Of a stretch of DNA of 64,000 nt, positions 54,455-63,488 are shown piece by piece. The stretch's first letter is position 1; each line of letters opens with the position of its first letter. This stretch comes from Bacillota bacterium (GTDB taxonomy: Bacteria > Bacillota > Clostridia > Christensenellales > CAG-138). Made by a program: the position numbers and the translations under genes. The stretch is taken from NCBI GenBank assembly GCA_023426265.1, contig JAFABA010000165.1, positions 3,453 to 67,452 of the forward strand, read 5' to 3'. The notes beneath the pieces are model-generated. The model did no database searches. It was not told the DNA's origin and saw nothing but the letters and a program-made list of their open reading frames with translations.

Positions 54455-55183
54455 ATGTTATTTAAAACGGTGAACGAGGGACAAAAACTGTTGCCTGAAA
54501 AGGTTGCCGAGCAAATTATCCGTTTGATTGCCAACAACAACTTGGTAGCGGGCCAAAAATTGCCGAACGAATTTCAGCTGGCCGACGAGCTTCAGGTCGG
54601 CCGCAATACCGTGCGGGAGGCCGTAAAGCTGCTCGTCTCACGCAATATTTTGGAGATTGAGCACGGCCGGGGAACCTTTGTATGCGAGAACCCCGGTTTG
54701 GTAGACGATCCGTTGGGACTGGCCTTTTTTCAGGATAAATACAAACTTGCGCAGGATCTGATGCAGATCCGGTGGATTTTGGAGCCCCAGATCGCCGCCC
54801 TCGCGGCGGATAACGCCAAAGAGGAAGATATCGCCGCCATGAAGCGCATCAATGAGGCAATTATGGAAAAAGCCGTTGCTGAAGAGGATTATATTCCCTT
54901 GGACAGGGAGTTGCACATCCGTATTGCACAGAGCACCCAAAACCAGGTGATACCCAACCTCATCCCGATTATCGACAGCGGTATTCAGCTTTTTAACATA
55001 CTGCCCTATAAAGTGGAGCGTCTTAAGGCGTTAGAAGTGCACAACGAAATTATTGAAGCGATCGAGCGTCATGATCCAGGCGCTGCTGATCAGGCGATGC
55101 GAAAGCACCTTGAATTCAATGTGCGCAATTTTAATAAGCTGAACGAGCAGCAGTACGGCAAATTCTCCGCAATAAAAAGGTAA
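54455..55183 (+). CDS. GntR family (FadR/FCD subfamily) transcriptional regulator
   Basis: KLPNEFQLADELQVGRNTVREAVKLLVSRNILEIEHGRGTFV followed by an FCD-type C-terminal domain. It is divergent from the ABC/catabolic operon. Confidence 0.85.
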   Translation: MLFKTVNEGQKLLPEKVAEQIIRLIANNNLVAGQKLPNEFQLADELQVGRNTVREAVKLLVSRNILEIEHGRGTFVCENPGLVDDPLGLAFFQDKYKLAQDLMQIRWILEPQIAALAADNAKEEDIAAMKRINEAIMEKAVAEEDYIPLDRELHIRIAQSTQNQVIPNLIPIIDSGIQLFNILPYKVERLKALEVHNEIIEAIERHDPGAADQAMRKHLEFNVRNFNKLNEQQYGKFSAIKR

Positions 55184-55324
55184 CGGCACTGCAATAGAGG
55201 TTTGAAAAGAGGGCCGCAACGTTCGAGCCATTTTTCACAGCGCTTTCTTTCAACAAGCGCCTTCATCTTTTAAGCAAACCATGGCTCAGCACCCAACTCT
55301 GTAATAATTTCGTTTTACTACAGT

Positions 55325-55426
55325 GTTACAGTTGGAATCCTTGCGTCCGCCATGCTTGTGAATCATATGGTGGGAAGAAAGTTCAGAAGCATTGATATGG
55401 TGGCGTCGCTGAAAAGCGTGGGATAA
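55325..55426 (+). pseudogene. Relic: last roughly 33 codons of an FtsX-family ABC permease
   Basis: Hand translation gives VTVGILASAMLVNHMVGRKFRSIDMVASLKSVG*, a typical FtsX/MacB C-terminus. Stop codons lie immediately upstream, and no upstream gene body is present. Confidence 0.35.
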
Positions 55427-55559
55427 TTGTACTGCTTACTTTGCAGTCGCTTCGGGCTGAGCACTTACGAAGATGCAAAAGCTATGGCCTGGACATTTCG
55501 TTCTTCTGCTTGCGAACCAATAGAAATATTGTGAGCATCTCCCTACACCAGTAACTGTA

Positions 55560-55617
55560 GATCAATATTTTTTAGTATCTAAAAAATATTGATCTTTTTG
55601 TTTAGCAGCTATATAAT
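55560..55617 (+). promoter_or_regulatory. Perfect palindromic operator overlapping the -35 of the suf-operon promoter
   Basis: GATCAATATTTTTTA-GTATC-TAAAAAATATTGATC (55560..55594). TTGATC (55589..55594), a 17-nt spacer, then TATAAT (55612..55617). Confidence 0.6.
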
Positions 55618-55636
55618 ATTTCCGAGGTGATGCGCA

Positions 55637-56170
55637 ATGTGTAAAAAAGAGGAGCTTATCAAAAAGCTGTACCAGTCCCTGAACATCATGATCTGCGAAT
55701 CGAAAATCGCCAGGAGCTACGGGACGGGCCACAAGCTGACCTATTCGGATATCAGCCTCTTAAAGTGCGTGCAGCGCAACGGGAACGCAAAAGCAGGCGA
55801 GTTGTCCCAATTCCTGGGCATCACCAACGGCGCAGTGGCGCAGCTTGCAAAAAAGCTGGAGGAAAAGGGATATTTGGAGCCATACCGCATCACCGGCAAC
55901 AAGAAGGAAGTGTATTACAGGCTGACGCCCGACGGAGAGGAAGCCTGCCTGGGGTATGACGAGCACTACGGGAAAATGCGCTCCAGCGCCGAGGCATATA
56001 TTTCCACGCTGGACGATGACACCATCGAAAAGATCACCAAATTATTCGATCTGGTCGCCGGCAGCACCGCGGTTTCCGACCGATGTTCGATCCGCCATGC
56101 GGCGGACAAAACCGGTCCCTCTCACGAGGGGGCGATAAAGAGGTGCGAAAAATGCCAGAGACTCTATTAA
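55637..56170 (+). CDS. MarR-like winged-helix regulator with a Cys-containing C-terminal tail (candidate suf regulator)
   Basis: SDISLLKCVQRNGNAKAGELSQFLGITNGAVAQLAKKLEEKGYLEPYRITGNKKEVYYRLTPDG. The tail is ...SDRCSIRH...KRCEKCQRLY. The gene overlaps sufC by 19 nt. Confidence 0.7.
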   Translation: MCKKEELIKKLYQSLNIMICESKIARSYGTGHKLTYSDISLLKCVQRNGNAKAGELSQFLGITNGAVAQLAKKLEEKGYLEPYRITGNKKEVYYRLTPDGEEACLGYDEHYGKMRSSAEAYISTLDDDTIEKITKLFDLVAGSTAVSDRCSIRHAADKTGPSHEGAIKRCEKCQRLY

Positions 56171-56892
56171 GCATCAGCAGGTTATGCGCGTCCGCCGGCG
56201 GGCAGCGCATATTGAACGGCGTAGATCTTGAAATAAACAAAGGCGAGGTGCATGTGCTCATGGGCCCCAACGGAGCGGGAAAATCCACGCTCGCCAACGT
56301 CGTGATGGGCGACCCGCGCTACCTGGTGGACGAAGGAAGCATCGTTTTTAATGGCGAGGACATCACGGATGAAAAACCGGACGCTCGCGCCAGAAGGGGC
56401 ATGTTCCTTTCCTTCCAGGCGCCGGAGGAGATCGCCGGAATCACTGTGGAAAATTTCCTGCGCGCCGCAAAGGCGGCGTATACCGGAGAGGATGTGAAAC
56501 TCCTCCCCTTCCGTAAGGAACTCCAGTCCAAAATGAAGGAACTGGAGATGGACCCTTCCTACGCGGCGCGGTATCTCAACGTCGGTTTTTCGGGCGGGGA
56601 AAAAAAGAAGAACGAGATTTTGCAGCTCTCCGTGCTCAACCCGAAGCTCGCGATACTGGATGAAACGGATTCGGGCCTCGATATCGACGCCGTAAAGACG
56701 ATATCCGAAAGCGTGGACCGCTACAGGAATGAAGAAAACGCGGTGCTCATCATCACGCACATCACGCGGATTTTACAACGGCTCCCCTTAAACTACGTGC
56801 ATATCATGGCGGATGGGCGCATCGTCAAAACCGGCGGCGCGTCCCTGATCGAAACAATCAACCGGGACGGCTTCGCCTCGGTCCTTGGATAA
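56152..56892 (+). CDS. sufC: Fe-S cluster assembly ATPase SufC
   Basis: GPNGAGKSTLANVVMGDPRY...GFSGGEKKKNEILQL...AILDETDSGLDIDA. The start is refined to MPETLLSI. Confidence 0.92.
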   Translation: MPETLLSISRLCASAGGQRILNGVDLEINKGEVHVLMGPNGAGKSTLANVVMGDPRYLVDEGSIVFNGEDITDEKPDARARRGMFLSFQAPEEIAGITVENFLRAAKAAYTGEDVKLLPFRKELQSKMKELEMDPSYAARYLNVGFSGGEKKKNEILQLSVLNPKLAILDETDSGLDIDAVKTISESVDRYRNEENAVLIITHITRILQRLPLNYVHIMADGRIVKTGGASLIETINRDGFASVLG

Positions 56893-56907
56893 CGGGGTGA
56901 AACGGGG

Positions 56908-58314
56908 ATGGAAAAGCAGAAAACGAGAATAGACGATATCGACAGGGAACGCTTCGATTTCCGGGATGCGGACAGGAGCGGCTATAAGACAAACAAGGGC
57001 CTTACCGCCGAAATCGTGACGGAAATATCCAAATTGAAGAACGAGCCCTCCTGGATGCTCAACCATCGGCTCCGTTCGCTGGAAGTGTATGATCGGCTGC
57101 CCCTGCCAACATGGGGCCCGCCGCTCGATGAACTCGATATGGACCAGATCGTCACCTATGTGAAGCCGGATACGAATTTGAAAAGCGACTGGAACGAGGT
57201 GCCCGATTATATCAAAAACACGTTCGAACGCCTCGGCATTCCCAAGGCGGAACGGGATTCCCTCGCGGGCGTGGGAGCGCAGTACGATTCGGAAGTGGTC
57301 TACCACAACATCCGGCGCGAACTTTTGAACCAGGGCGTGATCTATACCGACATGGAAACGGCCGTGCGGGAGCACGAGGACATCGTGCGGCAGCTTTTCA
57401 TGAAGCTTGTGCCGCCGGAGGACCACAAGTTTGTGGCGCTGCACGGGGCCGTCTGGTCGGGCGGCTCGTATGTGTATGTGCCGGAAGGGGTGCGCCTTAA
57501 AATCCCCCTGCAATCCTACTTCCGCCTCAACGCGCCGGGCGCCGGGCAATTCGAGCATACGCTCATCGTCGTGGAAAAGGGCGCAAGCGTCCACTTCATA
57601 GAGGGCTGCTCGGCGCCCAAATATAACGTAGTGAACCTGCACGCTGGGTGCGTAGAGTTGTATGTACGCGAGGGCGCGACGCTGCGGTATTCCACCATTG
57701 AAAACTGGTCCAAGAACATGATGAACCTGAACACCAAGCGGGCGCTTGTGGAAAAGGACGCGGCCATAGAATGGGTCTCCGGAACATTCGGCTCGCACAC
57801 CACCATGCTCTATCCCTCCAGCATCCTAAAGGGCGAGGGCGCGCGCTCCACGTTCAATGGCATCACGTTCGCCGGGAACGGACAGCATCTGGACACCGGA
57901 ACCAGGGTGGTGCACGCCGCTCCCAACACCTCGTCCACCATCAGCTCCCGCTCCATCTCCAAGGACGGGGGCATCGCCATCTACCGCAGTTCCATCAACA
58001 TCCTGCCCGAGGCCGCCGGATCAAAATCCTCCATCGTCTGCGAATCGCTGATGATGGACAGCGCGTCGAGGACGGATACGATTCCCGTCATGGATATCCG
58101 CAGCGACCGGGTGGATATCGGGCACGAGGCCAGGATCGGCCGCATCAGCGACGCCGCCATATTCTACCTCATGACCAGGGGGCTCTCGGAACAGGAGGCC
58201 AAGGCGATGATCGTCCGGGGGTTTGTTGAGCCCATCGCAAAGGAGCTCCCGCTGGAGTACGCGGTTGAAATGAACCGGCTCATCAGCCTTGAGCTGGAAG
58301 GGACCATCGGTTAG
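56908..58314 (+). CDS. sufB: Fe-S cluster assembly protein SufB
   Basis: 468 aa with conserved SufB blocks (FEHTLIVVEKGASVHFIEGCSAP...MDIRSDRVDIGHEARIGRIS). Confidence 0.92.
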   Translation: MEKQKTRIDDIDRERFDFRDADRSGYKTNKGLTAEIVTEISKLKNEPSWMLNHRLRSLEVYDRLPLPTWGPPLDELDMDQIVTYVKPDTNLKSDWNEVPDYIKNTFERLGIPKAERDSLAGVGAQYDSEVVYHNIRRELLNQGVIYTDMETAVREHEDIVRQLFMKLVPPEDHKFVALHGAVWSGGSYVYVPEGVRLKIPLQSYFRLNAPGAGQFEHTLIVVEKGASVHFIEGCSAPKYNVVNLHAGCVELYVREGATLRYSTIENWSKNMMNLNTKRALVEKDAAIEWVSGTFGSHTTMLYPSSILKGEGARSTFNGITFAGNGQHLDTGTRVVHAAPNTSSTISSRSISKDGGIAIYRSSINILPEAAGSKSSIVCESLMMDSASRTDTIPVMDIRSDRVDIGHEARIGRISDAAIFYLMTRGLSEQEAKAMIVRGFVEPIAKELPLEYAVEMNRLISLELEGTIG

Positions 58315-58324
58315 GAGGCGTGAT

Positions 58325-59428
58325 ATGCGGCAATTGGCAACAACCATCAACCGGATGCCCGTGCGCACGTGGCGCTGGCTCCGTGTAAACGACGCCGCGC
58401 TCGATCTTGTTGGGCCGGACAACGCATCCTTTATGGAAGACGTTTCCATCCGCGTGTCCCGACAGATCATAGTCAAACGGGATTTTGACGGATTAACGTT
58501 GGGCAAGGACCTGACAGGACCCTTCGTCCCCCCGGAAATGGGGACGTTTATAGAGGAAAGCGCGAACCTTAAGTATCTGATCCGGATTCCCAAGGGCCAC
58601 GCGGAACAGGAGCCGATCGTCCTCATGCTGCGCCTGGACGCGGAAAACCCGATCCTTGTGGACGATATCGTGATAGAGGCGGAGGAAGGTTCCAGCGCCG
58701 AAGTGATCCTATATTATATGTCCGAACAGAACACGCCTGTACGCCACTGTGGGCGGACGCGCGTCATTGCCCGCCGGAACGCCATGGTGAAGCTCGTAAA
58801 GGTGCAGATGCTGAATAGCACGGCCGCCCATACGGATGTGGTAGGAGGCGTCGCAGAGGAAGGGGCACGGCTGGACGTGATCCTGACGGAATTGGGCGCG
58901 GCCCGCCCGCTTTCGAGCTGCAACCTGACCCTTGTGGGCGAGGGCGGCGGCGCAGATCTCGATGTGCTCTACCTTGGCGACGGCGAACGGACGCTGGATC
59001 TATCCTGCCGCGTGGAGCACCGGGGCAAAAAGACGTCTTCCCGCATCCGCGCAAAAGGAATCCTGCTGGAGCGGAGCAAAAAGGTCCTCCGCGACACGCT
59101 GGATTTTATAAGCGGCGCATCCGGCTCCAAAGGGCGCGAGGAGGAAAGCGTGCTGATGCTCAGCCCCGAAGTGCAGAACGTCTCGGTCCCCCTGCTGCTG
59201 TGCGGGGAGGACGACGTCGAGGGAGAGCACGCGGCGACCTCGGGAAGGCCGGACGATAAAATCCTCTTTTACCTGATGAGCCGCGGGATCGACGAACTGG
59301 AGGCAAAAAAGCTGCTGGCGCAGGCCGCGTTTTCCTCTACTGTGGAAAAGATACCGGACGCGTCCGTGCGGGAAAGCATCCTTACCGCCGTGCGGGAGTC
59401 CATTGAACGGGGAGGAAAGACGGTATGA
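58325..59428 (+). CDS. sufD: Fe-S cluster assembly protein SufD
   Basis: SufB/D beta-helix paralogue following sufB. The start is refined to ATG 58325 after AGGAGG. Confidence 0.85.
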   Translation: MRQLATTINRMPVRTWRWLRVNDAALDLVGPDNASFMEDVSIRVSRQIIVKRDFDGLTLGKDLTGPFVPPEMGTFIEESANLKYLIRIPKGHAEQEPIVLMLRLDAENPILVDDIVIEAEEGSSAEVILYYMSEQNTPVRHCGRTRVIARRNAMVKLVKVQMLNSTAAHTDVVGGVAEEGARLDVILTELGAARPLSSCNLTLVGEGGGADLDVLYLGDGERTLDLSCRVEHRGKKTSSRIRAKGILLERSKKVLRDTLDFISGASGSKGREEESVLMLSPEVQNVSVPLLLCGEDDVEGEHAATSGRPDDKILFYLMSRGIDELEAKKLLAQAAFSSTVEKIPDASVRESILTAVRESIERGGKTV

Positions 59429-60654
59429 GCGAATATCTCAATGATTTTCCGCTGCTGCTTCAAACGGATGAAAAAGGCCGCAGGCTCGCTTACCTTGACA
59501 ACGCCGCCACGACCCAGAAGCCGCAGGCGGTGTTGGACGCGGTAACGGCATATTATCAAACCTCCAACGCCAACCCGCACCGGGGAGCTTATGACCTGAG
59601 CGTTGCGGCCACGCAGGCGCTGGAGGACGCCCGGGAGAATGTCCGCGCGTTTCTCGGGGCAAAAAAGGCGGCGGAGATCGTCTTTACCAAAAGCGCGACC
59701 GAATCGCTGAACCTTGCCGCCTACAGCTACGGGATGGCTAGCCTTGAACCCGGGGACGAAATTGTTTTGGCCATTTCCGAGCACCACAGCAACCTGGTGC
59801 CGTGGCAGGCGGTGGCGCGGGCCAAGCGGGCGATCCTCTCCTATCTGTACACGGACGGGTCCGGGCGTATCCCCTCCACCGAGATCAGGAATAAAATCAC
59901 CGATCAAACGAAGCTCGTCGCAATCGCGCACGCTTCCAACGTGACCGGCGTGATCAACCCCGTTGGAGAGATCATCGAACGGGCGCATGCGGTCGGCGCG
60001 ATCACGGTTGTGGACGGCACGCAGGCCGTGCCCCATATGGCGGTGGACGTACCCACGCTGGATGCCGACTTCTACGCGTTTTCCGCCCATAAAATGCTGG
60101 GGCCGATGGGCGTCGGCGTGCTCTACGGCAAGGAGGCGCTGCTTGAAGCTATGCCTCCGTTTTTGTACGGCGGCGATATGATCGAATATGTGGAGGAGCA
60201 GAGCTCCACCTTCGCGCCCCTGCCGCAGAAATTTGAGGGCGGCACGCAGAACGTGGGCGGCGCCGTCGGGCTTTCCGCCGCCATCGATTATCTTAAGGCG
60301 GCGGGCATGGCACATATCCAATTCATTGAGAAGGAGCTTACTTCGCATCTGCTTGATCGGCTAAGCAGTGTGCCGCATCTTAGGATCGTGGGGCCGGATA
60401 TGCTTGAAAGCCGGACCGGCGTCGTCTCGTTTGTGCTCGACGGCGTCCATCCGCACGATATCGCGACGATACTCAACGCAGACAAAATCGCCGTACGCTC
60501 CGGCCACCATTGCGCGCATCCGTTCCTCCGGCATCTCGGCGTGCAGGCCACCTGCCGCGCAAGCATTTATTTGTACAACACGAAAGAGGATATCGACCGT
60601 TTGGCGGAGAGCTTAAAGGGCGTCAGGAGGTGGCTTGGCCATGGAATTGGGTGA
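59425..60654 (+). CDS. sufS: Cysteine desulfurase SufS
   Basis: YLDNAATTQKP...NPHRGAY...AFSAHKMLGPMGVGVLYG...RSGHHCA. Confidence 0.92.
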   Translation: MSEYLNDFPLLLQTDEKGRRLAYLDNAATTQKPQAVLDAVTAYYQTSNANPHRGAYDLSVAATQALEDARENVRAFLGAKKAAEIVFTKSATESLNLAAYSYGMASLEPGDEIVLAISEHHSNLVPWQAVARAKRAILSYLYTDGSGRIPSTEIRNKITDQTKLVAIAHASNVTGVINPVGEIIERAHAVGAITVVDGTQAVPHMAVDVPTLDADFYAFSAHKMLGPMGVGVLYGKEALLEAMPPFLYGGDMIEYVEEQSSTFAPLPQKFEGGTQNVGGAVGLSAAIDYLKAAGMAHIQFIEKELTSHLLDRLSSVPHLRIVGPDMLESRTGVVSFVLDGVHPHDIATILNADKIAVRSGHHCAHPFLRHLGVQATCRASIYLYNTKEDIDRLAESLKGVRRWLGHGIG

Positions 60655-61087
60655 GCTTTACACGGAGATCGTCACGCAGTACAGCCGCTCGCAAAAGCAC
60701 CGGCATCCCTTGGAACGCCCCGACGTCACGATGCGGGGCGTCAACCCGAGCTGCGGGGACGACATCAGTCTGGAGTTGGAGATAAAGGACGGGACCATTC
60801 AAAAAGCCGCGATTTCCGGAAGCGGCTGCGCGATTTCGGAAGCGTCCGCCGCCATCATGGCCGACCTGGTCGAAGGAAAATCAGCTGAAGAAGCAAACCG
60901 CCTGGCGGAGCTGTTCCTGGGTATGATCAAAAAAACCGTGATCGATGAGACCGAACTGGAAGAACTGCAGGACGCGCTGGCGCTCCAAAACATCTCCAAC
61001 ATGCCCGCGCGGGTCAAATGCGCGACGCTTGCCTGGCATACGCTGGAGGAGGCGCTCAAAAAGCTGGAGGAACCGCCCCACGCCTAA
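60635..61087 (+). CDS. sufU: Fe-S cluster scaffold/sulfur-transfer protein SufU (NifU-like N-terminal domain)
   Basis: NPSCGDDISLEL...GSGCAISEASA...PARVKCATLAW. Confidence 0.9.
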   Translation: MAMELGELYTEIVTQYSRSQKHRHPLERPDVTMRGVNPSCGDDISLELEIKDGTIQKAAISGSGCAISEASAAIMADLVEGKSAEEANRLAELFLGMIKKTVIDETELEELQDALALQNISNMPARVKCATLAWHTLEEALKKLEEPPHA

Positions 61088-61224
61088 GCGGCCCCACAAC
61101 TTCTGAGAGGGGTGCCTGATATAGCTGGTCTGTGCGAAACACATTTGTTCTAGTATAATTGCCGGGCGGCAAACGAGATCTACTATCATAGATACGAGTC
61201 TGATGCTGTCCAGCACCATGCCGC

Positions 61225-61425
61225 GTGCAGCGGCTTACCATTGAAGAAGATACCCGCCTGCAATCGAATATGGCAGCAACGGGCCTCTCACGCGAAAGCT
61301 ACCCGCGTAGTCTGATTAACGGCTACATTCCTAAACAACTTCCTCCGCTCGATTACCATACCCTAATCCGAGAACTCCACGCCATCGGTAACAACCTGAA
61401 CCAGCTTGCGGCCAAGCATCTATAG
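61225..61425 (+). pseudogene. Relic of a MobC-family mobilisation (relaxosome accessory) gene
   Basis: ...GLSRESYPRSLINGY...LDYHTLIRELHAIGNNLNQLAAK matches the MobC core (IGxNLNQxA) but ends prematurely. No relaxase gene is adjacent. Confidence 0.5.
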
Positions 61426-61492
61426 TTTTTTCGCTCATGCCTTTACGCGATGACGACTGCCTACAGGGCGAACACAGCAGGTAAATTCACTA

Positions 61493-62413
61493 TTACATTG
61501 ATAGCATATGTTCGCGTACAAGCTCAAAAAAGTGTTTCGTATAGGAGGGCAGATACCGCCCTTTCTCATAAAGCGCATACAATGTAATCTCGATATTTGG
61601 CGTCCCGACAGAAAAGCACTTAAGCTGGTTGTCGGAATTAAGTTTTTTTACATATGTTTCGGGTGCAAAGGCGATTGCCGTACCGGCAGCCGCAAGATGT
61701 ATGGGGATCTCAGTATTGAAGGTATACAAGAGAACATTTGGCGTAAAGCCCGCAGATTCCAAAAGCCGGGCCGATATACGGCCCGTAGTCTGGTCCGGAG
61801 GGTTTAACGCAAAGGATTCATTTTTTAGCAGCTTCAGGTCGAACCAAGGATACCGGCACCCGGGCCGGGATTCGCCGCGGCCCGCAAGCGGATGCGTCTG
61901 CGACATAATCAATATGACCTCTTCCGTGCCAAGATTTTCATGCATCAATGTGCTTTGGGGGCCCGTATCGCTGTAGATGACAATATCTATTTCATCCCTT
62001 AATGACATCCAATGTTTCTTTACCAGATGTGATTCTTCCATAACAATGACCTGCACATTGGGATATTTTTCATAGAACCTCGGAAGGACATGCGGCATGA
62101 TGCAAGCGCTGCGCATGGGCGGCATTGCCAGAGAAAGCACGCCTTTCTTTTCCCCCAATAGTTCCCTGTGTTCTGTGTTCCAGTCGCTTTGCAGGTGGGC
62201 GATCTGGGCCGCATAGGCGAGATAACGGCTGCCGATATACGTAGGAACAAGCTCTTTGCCGATACGGCTGAAGAGCTGCGCGCCAACCTGGGTTTCAACG
62301 CTTTTTAAATATTTACTCAGCGCCGGCTGGGAGATAAAAAGCTCTTCGGCCGCTTTTGTGATGCTGCCGCATTTTTGTATTGTGAGTAAATAATTGATTT
62401 CCTTGATATCCAT
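61493..62413 (-). CDS. LysR family transcriptional regulator
   Basis: MDIKEINYLLTIQKCGSITKAAEELFISQPALSKYLKSVE. The start is refined to ATG 62413. Confidence 0.9.
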   Translation of the reverse strand: MDIKEINYLLTIQKCGSITKAAEELFISQPALSKYLKSVETQVGAQLFSRIGKELVPTYIGSRYLAYAAQIAHLQSDWNTEHRELLGEKKGVLSLAMPPMRSACIMPHVLPRFYEKYPNVQVIVMEESHLVKKHWMSLRDEIDIVIYSDTGPQSTLMHENLGTEEVILIMSQTHPLAGRGESRPGCRYPWFDLKLLKNESFALNPPDQTTGRISARLLESAGFTPNVLLYTFNTEIPIHLAAAGTAIAFAPETYVKKLNSDNQLKCFSVGTPNIEITLYALYEKGRYLPSYTKHFFELVREHMLSM

Positions 62414-62651
62414 CTGCCGCACCCCGCACAAAAAACTTGCCGCTAAGCCTCTATCTATTGGCATCAATTTATCATAACTTTAGGTTATTGTAAACATAAT
62501 ATATATAATATTGTGATTATGGGATACCGCTTGTATAATGAAGTATAAAAAATCAAGACTTGCATCATATCCGATCAAAGGCTTTTTTATAGACATTCAG
62601 GACAGAATATTGTTGTTTCGGTAGTGGGGGAGATTACAGGAGGGCTAGGGT

Positions 62652-63488
62652 ATGAAAAAACAAAAGATATGGATCTTGTTGCTTGTACCTGGCCTGGCGC
62701 TGATCGTGCTGTTTTTAATCGTGCCAATCCTTCGCGTGATATTCCCATCCTTTGTAGCAGATGGGCAGCTATCGCTTTCCCTATATACGGACTTTCTGAC
62801 AGACAGCTTCTATCTTGGCATTTTGGCGCGCACCATACGCGTGGCGCTCATAACCTGCCTGATCTGCGTTGTGCTCGCGCTGCCGGTTTCCTACTATATA
62901 TCCCGCATGAAAAGCGGCCGTAAGGGGCTTATGATCGCTTTAGCGACCTTCCCGCTGCTGACAAACACCGTTGTGCGCGCCTTTGCATGGATTGTCATAC
63001 TCGGCCAGCAGGGAATCATCAACCAGCTGCTCACGGCTATCGGAATTTTGGACGAGCCCCTGCGCATGCTTTTCACAGAAGGCGCGATCGTAGTAGGCTC
63101 CGTCTACCTGTTTTTACCCATTATGTTAACGTCGCTCGTAAGCGTTATGGAGAATATCGGCGAAGAGGTACAGGAAGCCGCATTAAGCCTTGGGGCCAAC
63201 CGCTTTGTTTCTTTTCTGCGCGTGGTTATACCTTTGAGCATGCCCGGCATCATTGTGGGGAGCGTTCTTGTGTTTGCCGGCACGGCATCCGCCTATAGCA
63301 CGCCGCTGATGCTTGGCGGCAACCGCAACATGATGATGTCAACGCTTGTTTACCAGCAGGCGATGCTGCTCAATAACTGGGATGCCGCTTCAGTAATCTC
63401 GGCGCTGATGATTGTCATCTCCTATGTTGTGGTCGGCGTCTTGAACGGGATCTCCTCCAAGATCAACAGGACGGAGGCGGCGAAATGA
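62652..63488 (+). CDS. ABC transporter permease (PotB/CysT-like)
   Basis: Six TM helices and an EAA loop (EEVQEAALSLGANRFVSFLRVVIPLSMPG). Confidence 0.85.
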   Translation: MKKQKIWILLLVPGLALIVLFLIVPILRVIFPSFVADGQLSLSLYTDFLTDSFYLGILARTIRVALITCLICVVLALPVSYYISRMKSGRKGLMIALATFPLLTNTVVRAFAWIVILGQQGIINQLLTAIGILDEPLRMLFTEGAIVVGSVYLFLPIMLTSLVSVMENIGEEVQEAALSLGANRFVSFLRVVIPLSMPGIIVGSVLVFAGTASAYSTPLMLGGNRNMMMSTLVYQQAMLLNNWDAASVISALMIVISYVVVGVLNGISSKINRTEAAK

